A DNA stretch of 63,670 nucleotides, filler included, from Hyphochytrium catenoides (Eukaryota > Protista > Hyphochytriomycota): the NCBI GenBank assembly GCA_900088475.1. It is 8 parts of 8 records of this genome, joined end to end, with 100 filler letters (N's around TTAATTAATTAA, not from the genome) between each part and the next. Parts side by side here need not be neighbours in the genome. Positions count along the whole stretch, not along the records: positions 21,374 to 39,968 come from FLMG01000625.1; positions 40,069 to 52,807 come from FLMG01002031.1; 6 more parts are not named here. One strand, written 5' to 3'. The notes under the pieces were generated by a model, which saw nothing but the letters and a program-made list of their open reading frames with translations, did no database searches and had not been told where the DNA came from. The position numbers and the translations under genes were made by a program. Shown here piece by piece: positions 38,211 through 49,600 of this stretch (the first letter of the stretch is position 1; the number at the start of each line of letters is the position of its first letter).

Positions 38211-39689
38211 ATGCAAGGCTTCTTCAGCGCTAACCGCGGGGCTTCCAGAGGAGGTGCAGCTGGAGGCACAAAGCCTGAGAGACAGCTGCCATGGGTCGAG
38301 AAATTGTAAGTCCTCTATCATCTCTCTTTCTCTCTTTCTCTCTCTTCCTCTCTCTTTTGGTCCCTCTCTCCTCGCTCTCTCTTTCTCTCTTTCGCTTTCT
38401 CTCTCTTTCGCTTTCTCTCTCTTCGCTTTCTCTCTCTCTTTCGCTTTCTCTCTCTCTTTCGCTTTCTCTCTCTCTTTCCTTTCTCTCCCTCTTTCGCTTT
38501 TACTCTCTCTTTCGCTTTCTCTATCTCTTTAGCTTTCTCTCTCTCTCTTCCCCCTATGACTCTGTGTCGTACCATCTCTCTCTCTCTCTCACGTCCACCG
38601 CGTGCTTTCTCTTTCCCGGTCCGTCTACGGCTATCTTAGTCTTGTATATCTCCGTCTCTTTCTTCTGTTCTCTCCCTTGGCTTTAGCGCTGTCACTAACC
38701 TCTGCCCCGTGTATGCCTTTCGTCTTCCTTTCTCCTTCCCCCGTCCCCTTTTTCTCTCTTTCTCTCTCTTTCGTCTCTCTCTCTCTGTCTCGCTGTCGTT
38801 TGTCTCTTTCTCTCTGTCGTTTGTCTCTTTCTCTCTGTCTCTGTCTCTCTCTCTACGTTTCCATCAGTCGGCCAAAGAGAGTGGATGACATTGCTCATCA
38901 GGATGAAGTGCGACACACATTAAGGAAGGCCATTCAGACAGGAAACGTATGGGCTGAAGCTTTTCTCTCTCTCTCTCCTCTCCCTCTCTTTTCTCTCTCT
39001 CTCTCTCTCTGTCTCTGTCTCTCTCTCTCTGTCTTTCTTCTCTCCCCATCATAATAATTGCTGGTATTCTGGCCGCAAAGGCAAATTGACGAGCCTAGTT
39101 CTCTCTCTTTTTTCGGGCTCATTTATCGCTCTTTCTTTCTCTCTCTTTCTTCTCTCTCTCTGTCTCTCACTGTCTCTCTCTGCCCTTCTCTCTTTCTCCG
39201 TGGCACGACAGCTCCCGCATCTCCTGTTCTATGGCCCTCCCGGGACAGGGAAGACAACAACGATCCTCGCCGTGGCCAGAGAGCTTTTTGGGTAAGATAG
39301 AAGAAGGAGAAGAAGAAGAAAAGAGAGAGAGAGAGACAGAGAGAGAGAGAGAAAGAGAAGCCTGCTTGCAGTCGGTACTCAACGTCACTTAGAGGTTATT
39401 GATGTCCGGGCGCTTTGTCGTTTGTCATTTCTTCCCTTCTGTCCCTCTCTTCCTTTCTCTCTCTTTCTGTACCTCTCTATGGCAGTTGTCCGTCACAAGC
39501 TCTCTCTCTCTTTTTTTACTTCTCGTTTCTCTCTCGCTCTTGTTCTTCTTTGCTTGATCCTACTCGGTCTTACCATCTCTCTTGCTCTCGCCTCTTTCTC
39601 CCTCTCTCTCTCTCCCCTGTCTCTTCAGCCCCGAGCTAATGAAGGAGCGGGTGCTGGAGCTCAACGCTTCGGATGAAAGAGGAATCAAA
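38211..39689 (+). CDS. RFC4: Replication factor C small subunit (human RFC4 / yeast Rfc2 type), 5' part only; exons 38211-38305, 38868-38946, 39212-39291, 39629-39689
   Basis: [53 protein letters not shown]. The gene is cut off by the scaffold end. Confidence 0.9.
38385..38525. repeat. Degenerate TTCGCTTT(CT)n tandem repeat, about 7 units, in RFC intron 1
   Basis: Repeated TTCGCTTTCTCTCTCT units. Confidence 0.8.
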
Positions 39690-40372
39690 GTACATGTTTC
39701 TNNNNNNNNNNNNNNNNNNNNNNNNNNNNNNNNNNNNNNNNNNNNNNNNNTCTCTCTCTCTCTCTCTCTTTCTCTTTCTCTCTTTCTTTCTCTCCCTCTC
39801 TCTGTCTTTATCTCTCTCTCTCACACACTCTCTCTCTCACACACTCTCTCTCTCTTCTTCTCGTCTCTCCTACTGTTCCTCTCTCTTTCGCGTACCCCAT
39901 CTCTTCCCTCTCCTCTTCGTTCTCCTCTCCTCTCTCTCTTTTCTCTTTGACTCTTCCCACACTTTCGCNNNNNNNNNNNNNNNNNNNNNNNNNNNNNNNN
40001 NNNNNNNNNNNNTTAATTAATTAANNNNNNNNNNNNNNNNNNNNNNNNNNNNNNNNNNNNNNNNNNNNCTTGCCATGACTCCTTCTCTCTCTCCTCTTTC
40101 TCCTCTCTCTCTCGCGCGTCTCTTGGTCTGTTTTGGTCTCTCTCCTCTCTTTCTCTCTTTTTGTGTCTCTTCTTATCCTTTTCTCTCTTCCTCTGTCTTT
40201 TCCATAATTTCTCTCTCGCTGTACCTCTGTCTATTCTGTTCGTCATACATTCTCTCTTTCTTACTCTCTCTCTCTCGCTCTCTTTCTCTCTCTCCTCTCT
40301 GTCGCTCTCCCTCACTCTCCCGCGCTCTCCCGCGCTCTCACACACAAACGCTCTCTCTCTCTCACTACTCAC

Positions 40373-40427
<55 letters not shown>

Positions 40428-40633
40428 CCTGTGTGGTTAGAGCCAAGCGTGTGTTTGAAATATATTAGATAGGGGAAATGGGAGTGTGTGAGTGCGGTGC
40501 TGTGTGTGAGGTCGGGGTATGCTGGTCTTGATGTCTTTGGGAGCTGGCAGGAGACAACCTCGACTTGACCGCATTCTGGAAGCTTTTCTCTCTCTCTCTT
40601 CTCTCTCTCTCTCTCTCTCTCACTCCCTCTCCT

Positions 40634-40691
<58 letters not shown>

Positions 40692-41039
40692 TCTAGTCAG
40701 TGTCTCTTTCTTTCCTCCTCCTCAAAGAGTTGTGCTTGCGCTCCTCTCACCCTTCTAACTCGCCATCGCGTCAGAGAGAAGAGGCAAATCCAGGAGAGGG
40801 GCTGATGATCACCATCGCATCTTAATAGCTGTTTGTCTCTCTCTCTCGCTGGTCCGCTGACTCAGCGGCCGCCTTGTTGCTTCCTCTCGCCACGCCCTCA
40901 GTCTCTCTCTTTCCCTCCACCTTCCGGGTTCTGAGCTGGCGTCTTCCCTCTACTGCAGCGCCGATCATGGCCTGAGAAAGTACATCAAGGCCATCATCAC
41001 GACGTCTCTCTATCATTGAAGTGAGCTTAACAGAGCAAA

Positions 41040-41367
41040 ATGAGGGCTTTTCTCTCTCTTGGTATCCTCTTGCCCCTCCTCCTTTCTTCTCTGAGTTGGG
41101 GTCCGTCTTCTTGTGAGGCAGCAGAGCATAAGAGAGAGCAGAAGGGAGAGAAAGACTCCTCTCTCTCTTCTTCCACTAGACAGGAGAGCACGGAGACGAA
41201 GGTGCAAGCCTACAGCGAGTTCTTTGAGGCAGCGGACAGCGATAAGGATGGATACATCAGAGGCGATGAGCTGGGCAAGGTAGGCAGGCGTCTTCTCTTT
41301 TAAGTTCCTTTCTCTCTTCTCTCTTCTCTCTTCTCTCTCTCTCTCTCTCGCTCTCTCTGTGTTTGTT

Positions 41368-41398
<31 letters not shown>

Positions 41399-41831
41399 TT
41401 CTCTCTTTCTATCTCTCCGTCCTCTCCATTGCTCTCTTTATCTCTTCCTGTCTTCTCTTTCTACGCTACTCCGTATCTCTTCTCCTCTTCCCTTTGTCTG
41501 TCCATCTCTCTCTCTTGCACTTTGATCGATGTCTCACACACACTTTATCGCGTCCTCTCTCTTTATTTCTACCTATCACCCCATCCCTCTCTTTCTCTCT
41601 ATTTTTCTCTCTATTTTTCTCTCTGTCTGTCTCTCTCTTTCTCTCTCCCTTCCTCTCATCGCACGCTGCAGATCCTGGCCAAGGTCGGAGGTCATGACTA
41701 TGACGAGGAAGGAGAGATCGCTCAGGGCGTGGAAGCGGCTCTGGCCAACCTGGACGAGAATCTAGACCGAGCTGTCTCCATATCAGACCTCAAAAGCTAT
41801 TGGAACAAGATTGGTAAGCCTCTCTCTTTCC

Positions 41832-41903
<72 letters not shown>

Positions 41904-42073
41904 GTCTGTCTCTCACTGTTGCCTCTCTCTCTGTCTCTCTCCCTTTTGTACCGCTTGTCGTTAATACTCTTCGTCGGATCGTTCTGCGTGGCACTTCTCT
42001 CGACACTTGTCCATTGCTTTCCCTCAACTTAATTTGCTCTTGTCTTCATGATCCTCTCTCTCTCCCTCTTCTC

Positions 42074-42104
<31 letters not shown>

Positions 42105-44735
42105 TCATCACTTTCTCCTTCTTTCTGGGTCGTTCTCTGATCTCTTTGCATCCCTCTGTCTTCTCTGCCTCTGCCTTTTACCTATTCCTTGCACCATCTC
42201 TCTCTCTCCCTTTTCCCCGTATCGCAGGCTCCGTCTTGACGGTAGAGAACGCTGCTCTCTGGGTAGAGCACGGCCTTCAGCTGCCGACTGTGGCCAAAGT
42301 CTTCCGCTCCCGCGGGATCACGGGTTATGACTTCCCTGTTCTTCTCTCTCGTCCTGAGAGCTTCAAGGAGCTGAAGATTTCCAAAGAGAAGCAGAGGAGA
42401 CTCTATAGGTCCATACATCTCAAGCTCCTGGGCGTGGATAGAGGTGAGAGCCTGAGAGCATGAAAGGAAGAGAGAAACGGAGAGAGAGGAACACACGGGC
42501 GGAGAAGAGAACGGGAAATGCGTCATACACGGCCGGTACATGGCAAGTGGAAGAGCTTTCAAGCAGAGAGGGAGCAGATCGTGGAAGACCAGAGGCAGAA
42601 GAGGCAGATCAAAGTGAGAGAGAGAGGCCAGACCAGCGAGCAGGATTTTGTGAGAGAAGGATTGAGCGAGAGAGACACGGAAAGTTGTTAGGAGGGAGAG
42701 AAGTGGATGGACGAGAAACAGAGGAGTCTCTGTGAACTCTTGATGGTTAAGAGTAACGCCTTGTGTACATGTTTGTTCTCCCTCTGATGGTGCAGATCCC
42801 GGCCCGCCTGAGGACTTTCGCTTTGACTCCAAGAGCTGCACGTCTATTCTTCTCACTTGGAAGTCACCTGCAGACTCTGGAGGCTATCCTATACATAAAT
42901 ACCTGCTGCAGGTGTGAATCGGAGAGAGTTCTCTTCTCCCGGTTGTCTTCTTCTTACTTTGCCTCCTCTCTCAACGTGGGTACGAAGCTACCTTGCTTCT
43001 TCTAGCTTGGCATTCTTTCTGGTTGATTGTCGTGGTCTGTCACTCTCTCCTCTCCCCCTCTCTCTCGCTCTGTCACTCTCTCAGAAGTCTCTTCTGTTAC
43101 CTGTTTCTAAACTGTCCTGTCACTCTCTCCGACCAGCGTCAAACTGAAAGCACTTCACGAGAAGCGTGGGTCACAGTCAGTGAGGACGCGGATACTTCCC
43201 ATTTAGATACAGGTGGGTCAGCGATAGGAGACAGCAACCTGCAGGAGAGGGCGAGAGCGAGAAAGAGAGGCGGGAGACAGGAAGGAAGGAAGCAGAAGAG
43301 AGATTACAGCTGCGAGAGAGCGAAGAGAGAGAAAGGAGAATAAGAATGGGGAAGAACGAGGAGTTGAAGCCTCCAGCCAGCCAGAGACCACTTGAGTGCT
43401 GATCTCACTCTCCTTGTCTCTCTGCTCTCTCTCTCTTTCTGTCTCTCATTGTTACCTTGGCCTCCCGGTCCATCTATCCTGACAGGTCTGCAGCCCGATC
43501 TGTCATATCGCTACCGCGTGCAGGCTTGGACCATAGCAGGACATAGCGCGTTCATAATCTTGGAGAACTGCCTACCAAAGGAGTGTCCCTTCCATCGCCG
43601 GTCTCTCTTCTCCCTCTTCTCTTCCCCGCTCTCTGTTGCCCTTGCACTCATCCTCGCTGCCGTGCTCTTCCTGTTTGGTCCTCCACTTCGAGCTTCTCGC
43701 TCCGGGAGAGAGAAGAGAGAGAAAGAGAGAACTCTTTACGGAAAGAACTCACATAGGACTAGTCAGCCAGTTCTCTCCACCTCTGTAAAGAAGCTTCATG
43801 GCTTACCTCGCGAGAGCTTCGGTTCTAATCACCCTCTCAGTCCCAAAATGCGAGGAGTTGTGGACGACGCTCTAGCAGGAGAGAGAGGACGGCTCCTGAG
43901 TCCCAGCAATTCCGCCCGCCTAGGTCTTTCTTCCGGCTCCGGAGGCGCTTCTACTAGCTTTGCATCAGTGCCTGAGTATGATGCCTGTGAGATCTGTCAC
44001 AAGCGGTTCAAACTCCATCGTATCAAGCATCATTGCAGCGTCTGTACCGCTGTTTTCTGTTCTAAACATGGCTATACGGCCCATCCAGGCTTCACAGACT
44101 GTGGAATACCTGGGAAATGCCTGTGTCAAAGGTGCAGAAGCCTCTCAGTCACTCAGCAGAAGACGCCCGGAACGGCTCACCCTAAGTCAAGCAGTGCTAC
44201 AAAGGAAGAGAGCGCCAACGGTCAGAGCGCTCTGAAAGAGAAAGAGAGCCGAAGCAGCAGCTTGGAGGAAGAGACAGGCAGTAGCCGTATCTCTTCTGTC
44301 CCTCCGCCATCTGTTACCTCGTCTTCCTCCAACCACACGGGGACGAGAGAGAGAGAAGAGGGTGGGACTCCTCCAACATCTTCGCGAATGGACGGCACGT
44401 CAGAAGCAAGTGCCTCCCCAAGGCCCTCCTTTGGCGGGGAAAGTGAATTGAAAGGAGAGAAATCGCTCCTTTCCACTCTCTCAAAGCCCAAGAGAAAATC
44501 TCGGAGAGAAGACCGAAAGACCATGCGCTCTATGGTTCGTCACGTCATCACAAATAGGAGGCTTAGGTACTTTAAGGAGAGAGTGAGTTCTTCGGAGGGC
44601 TTCAGCTCCTCGTCAGAGCCGAGCACGCCGCAAGAGAGGGAAAGAGACAAGAGTCGGGAGACGGGCAGGGCATCTCCGGTAGTCGAAGCGGCCAGAGCGT
44701 TCTTCCCTCTGTCTCCATCAAAGCCTTCGAGCTGA
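41040..44735 (+). CDS. STIM-like type I membrane protein: signal peptide, EF-hand pair, SAM, FN3, TM, FYVE-like Zn finger, Ser-rich/basic tail; exons 41040-41279, 41672-41813, 42228-42443, 42796-42911, 43137-43212, 43486-44735
   Basis: All five introns are GT-AG with matching phases (0,1,1,0,1). EF1 is DSDKDGYIRGDE and EF2 is DENLDRAVSISD. SAM is LTVENAALWVEHGLQLP..AKVFRSRGITGYDFPVL. FN3 is PGPP...ILLTWKSPADSGGYPIHKY...GLQPDLSYRYRVQAW. TM is LSVALALILAAVLFLFG. The Zn finger is CEICHKRF..RIKHHCSVC.AVFCSKH...CLCQRC. Confidence 0.85.
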
Positions 44736-45467
44736 TATCTCTCTCTTTACTTCTTACAGCTCAGCCATCTCTCTCTATCTCTATCTCTGGCTTGGGCTCT
44801 GTTGTGTCTTGAGGACTTTCACTCCTTTCTTCTAATGTCTTAGCCTTCCTGGCCAATGAGGAAGGTCATTTATTTATTTTTGCTCGGTATACGTGCTTAA
44901 GAATAGACCTTGAGGAGTATGTATGGTGAAGCAGGAAGGGATAAGAGGGGAGAGAGGGAAACGCAGGGAAAGAGACAGAGAGAGGGAAAGCGAAAGAACG
45001 AGAGAGAGAGAGAAGGAGAGAAACCTTCCTAGTAGTGCTATCAAGGGAATAAACGTTTTCGCACCCATTGAGAAGTTTACTTGCGGGCCTGCTTATCGTC
45101 TCCCTTTGTCTCTCTTTCCTTCACCTTCTTGAAGAAGAGTCAGACTCTTCTCCAGACGGCAGCCTCTCCCCGCTTTTTATCATTGCGGAAAAAGGAATAA
45201 AGATAAGATCAGGATAAGGCAAGCTCTTGAGCTTTGGCCTATGTTCTGAATGAGCAAGCAAAGTGAGAGAGAGAAAGAGGGAAGGAAAGAGAGCTTGCAT
45301 GGAGTAAGATGCAGGAGAGGCCAGAAGAAGAAGAACATATCAACGCTTACGTCTTCTGACTAACGGGGATGGACGGGAACCAGAACAAATAGCGAGATAA
45401 TAGGAAATAAATTGACGATTAGCTAGTAAGACTCTCCTCTTGTCTGTCTCTCTCTCTCTTTAACTAT

Positions 45468-46661
45468 TTACTTCTTGGCAGCACCACCAGTGGTTCCCAT
45501 GCCAAAGACAGTCTTGAAGGTGTCATAGATCCACCACTGCAGACCAGTGAGGGTACCAATCATAATGATACGAGTGCTCAGACCCTTGGTTAGCAAATTG
45601 CCAACGCCAACCTCGTTGGTGATCTGGCCCAAGCTCTTGCCCTTGTTGCTGGCCTTGCCCATCTGGGAGACAAGAGAGTCTGCTGGGTGAGAGACAATAG
45701 CGCAGATAACGCCTGCCAGGTAACCAGAGGCGAAGGTAATGCCCAGCTGCGTAGGCTTGCCATAGGTCTCCTTAGGGGCAGTGAAGACATTGGTGTAGAA
45801 CATCTCGACACACTTCTCGAAGAAGAAGAACTTTGCCATGGTGTAAGGGATCTGGCGGGACCAGAGAGGAACCAGGGAGCCGAAGGGGAAGCGGGTCTCA
45901 GCAGCGTTTGCCTTCATCTGCGCAAGAGCAGGGCCGAACTCAACAGGGAAAGTGCCCTTAGGGGAAGTCTGGACCTTGACCTTGATCATCTCAAGCGGGC
46001 AGAGAGCGATATCAGCGAAGAACTCAGCGGAAGCGGAACCTGCGAGAAAGAGAGCGTTAGATCAGTTCCTCAAATGAAGGAGACAAGGGGGACGGCAACA
46101 GGGAAGCGTTCTTACCAGCAAGGTAGATGATGCCACGGTACTTGTATGAGTTCTCCTCGCCAGCTACGTTCGAGTAGAGATCCTTGAAGATCTCATAGAG
46201 ACCGAACTTGAAGAAGCCCTGAGCAGAGTATCCAACAGCGGTAGGGAACCAACCCTTCCAGATGGCAGATGATCCTTCCTCAGCCGTGATAAGCTGCAGC
46301 AATAGAGGACAAGAGACAGAGATTAGACTCTTGCTTTTGCTGTTCTCTCTCTCTCTCTCTCTCTTACCTTGAGGCCCTGCATGGTTCCTGTGTATTTCTT
46401 AGGGTCAACTTGCATGTTGCACTTGACGACATCGAGAGGAGTGATCATGGTGTGGGTCAGACCGCAGCTCAGGATACCGGCAATCATGCACTTTCCATAG
46501 TAGGAGTTGGTGTGAGGCACAGGGTGAGCATAGCGAGCATCCCACTGCTTCGAAGAGGTTGCGACGATCCTCTGGCTAAGCGGGCTCTCTTTCTTGTTGG
46601 AGAGCTGTGGCAGGAGAGAGGGAGCCATGAGGCTCTTGAAGCCGACGCTTTGGAAGTTCAT
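45468..46661 (-). CDS. Mitochondrial phosphate carrier (SLC25A3/MIR1 family); exons 46661-46368, 46293-46116, 46039-45468
   Basis: SCGLTH...TPLDVVKCNMQ, GYSAQGFFKFGLYE, EFFADIALCPLE, RQIPYTMAKF, SHPAD, MIGTLTGLQWWIYD. Confidence 0.95.
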
Positions 46662-49600
46662 TGTGCCTCTGTAAAGGGCGAGAAAAGTGTGAAAGACGGA
46701 GCTTCAAAAGCTCTAAATATACGAGGGTAAATGTGTTTATGGTAGAGACGGCTGTGGAGGCGCGGCGCTGTGGAGCTCGCTAGTCAAAAGAGAGGGAGAG
46801 GGAGGAAGGAAAGAGTAGATGGATGGCGCGAGAGAGAAAGCCCGTGGAGGCGTGACCGGTGTTTGTGGCGTGGTGGGCCTGCGAGACAGAGTGAGAGAGA
46901 GAGAGGGAAAGAGAGACATAAGAGAGGGAAAAAAAAGAGAGACAGAGAGACGGAGAGACGGAGCGAGAAAGAGAGAAAGAGAGAGAGAGAAAAAGAGAGT
47001 GAGAGAGGGTGATGGGAGGGTGAGAGACAGACACAGAGAGAGACACAGAGAGAGACAGACAGAAAAAGATAGAGAGAGACAGAGGCCAAGAGAGAGAGAG
47101 AGAGAGAAATAGTCATAGGGAAACAGAGAGAGAAAGAAAGATTGATCAGATTGGCAGTCAGTGGAAGCCCCTCATTTTCCCCTCTCCTGTCACTCTACCC
47201 AATCGTCAACCAGTATCCGGCAGTTCTGTGGGGAATGAATCTTCTGCATTGTTATCTTTAGATATACCACCTCTTGGCCCCCGCACTAACATGTACTTAG
47301 TCTTTCTGGGTAACGTGACCTATAGATATTCCTACCCCCGCGGCCAGGAGGATACAATGCCTTCCGAATATAGGCCGTAGTCTTGATGGTAGACGCTAAC
47401 GGTCAGTATGTTGACGTTATTTTCCAGTGGCAGTCGAGGTTTGGCTCATGGTACAATAGGGCTGTCGGTATTACTACTGACGGACTCTTCGCGCTTAAGA
47501 AGGATGTGAGACTCGCAGGAAAGCATACTACTAGTGGCACCAAGCAAAATACAGAAAGAGTGGCGTAGTAATATCTAGATCATAATGTGTAGCCTGTATT
47601 GTCTGATAATAGTAGTTGTGAGTGAGACACACAACGGTGGTACAACAAGGAACAACAGCACTCTCGCAAATGGATTCCCCAGGAGAGAGCCAGAGCTTCA
47701 TTTTGTCATTTGTTGAGCATATTACAAATAAGTTTCAATGTGATTCTCTTTATCCTGATTAACCATTCAAGAAATCCGAAATGGTTGCATGTCAACTCAA
47801 CGGCTCTTTTGGACGCCAACAAGCCGCTAACGCCACTCTACTAGGAGATAAATCTTTGTGCAGATCGTCTGAAGATTGAGAGGTGGAGATTATTGGATTA
47901 TTGACGATTAGCGGCGCTGACGGATTTCCGACGACTACGTAGATCCTTGCTCAACCTCTGCCAATGCTCTAGGGACTAGACTCAGGTCAGCAAACTTCTA
48001 GGAGGGTGTTATAAAGCAGTGCACGTGAGTTCGCTTCCAAATCCCCCGTGACGGAGAGTGACGCTAAGTTAGGCTAGGAAAGGTATCAGCGGAATAAATG
48101 AATCCCTTGCAGATGGTGGCAAGAGCTTAAGCAATATAAATCGTCTAGATAAGGGAGGGGTTGGATTTCTATCATGGAGTGGTAGGAGCTCAACAGACAG
48201 CCAAGCGCTGGCGCTCTTAGTTGAAAAGTTACGCTTTCCCTTCTGCCCGATGGGGTTACCAACTCCTACGTCGATGTTCGGGTCCCCAACGAGTATCCAA
48301 GATAGGGTAAGCACGCAATGTACTAAGTGCTGACTTTGTTGGCGGCATTGAGATCATCTACGAACACTACAGACGAGAGGAACAACGAGAAAGGAACGAA
48401 CGAACGCTCGAAATGAAGTTCTTACTGCTTGATTTGTGCGTTGGCAAGGATCCCCTTCTTCTTGGCCTAATTGAGGAGGGGACGTTCGCTCATGACGCTT
48501 CTAGGTCATACCTTTAATTACCAGTCTTCCTCTCTTTCTCTTTCTGTTCTATCTCTCTCTTGTTCTCGCCCTCTTTCTGGCTATCCCTCTCTCTGTCCAT
48601 GTGCTTTCTTCCAGCTATCCTCCTCTTTCTCTCTTCCAGCTAACCTCCGGGCGAGTAGCCGATCTTACCATTTTTGCCGAATGGGTCCAGCGGTTGCGGC
48701 AAGCTGCTCGTCTTGAAATCCTGCAGCTGAGGGTCAAGGACAAAAGCCTTTGCCTCTTTCTTCTCAGTGTCTCTTTCCAGTCTTCTACTTCTCTCTCTCC
48801 GTCTCTCCGTTCTCTTATTTCTCCCTCTTACCTACTTGCTGTCCTTTTCATGAGAACAGCTCGCGGACAGAGAGAAGAGAAAATGGGTACGTTCTAACGT
48901 CAGGAGAGCCGTGGTGGCTCTAGCTCAGGATAGCAAAGCGCTACTGCTGTTTTATAAATAATAATGGGATGGGACATCGCCACAATAGAGGAAGGAGCAT
49001 ACGGCGTCCAACTCGGTAGGAGACACAATCGAGATTATTGATGTTGTTGAAGGCAAAGAACCTCTCCCTCCTTCAGAAGGAGAGAAGAGCGAGAGACGAA
49101 GAAAGAGAAGAGAGCATACTGAAGAAGACAGAGAGTGAGCAAACGTTGGACGCGAATAAAGGTTGGGACGACGAGAGAAGAGGTGATGCAGGTTTAGCCC
49201 GAGGACATTGGTGAGTGAGTGAGAGCCATCATTCGCCCAAATTCAGCCTGATATGCCACTTGCTCCTCCTCCTGCCCAGCTGTTCGTCGTAGAGCCAACC
49301 ACCGAAAGCAAAGGTTAACGGAGGTAGATAAGTAGGAAATGGTGTGGGCATTAAAGACCCGCCATGATGATGATGAAGACGATGCGACTTAAAGAGAGGC
49401 GAAGAGACGCCCCCGTGAACGGGAGAGGACAGATAATCTTCTATTATGATGATGATGCATAAAATAGAACGGAAGGAAGAAGCGTTCACCAAGAAGAAGG
49501 TAAGAGGCGCGGCGGCGGAGGAATAGTAAATGATCACGCTTCGCTTGTGAGTGGCTGCGACATTTGGAAGGCGTGTCTTCCTGCTAACGCTAGAGACGAC

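Larger units (their letters stand above)
24100..47130. repeat. Pervasive (CT)n/(GA)n microsatellite-derived sequence filling introns and intergenic DNA (also 6270-14470, 56030-58740, 62800-63600)
   Basis: Long perfect and degenerate CT/GA runs. Most small internal N gaps fall within them. Confidence 0.97.

Noticed and set aside
44280-44312. SxIP/EB1-binding motif in the STIM-like tail
   Set aside because: SRIS and SSVP do not match the S/T-x-I/L-P consensus.
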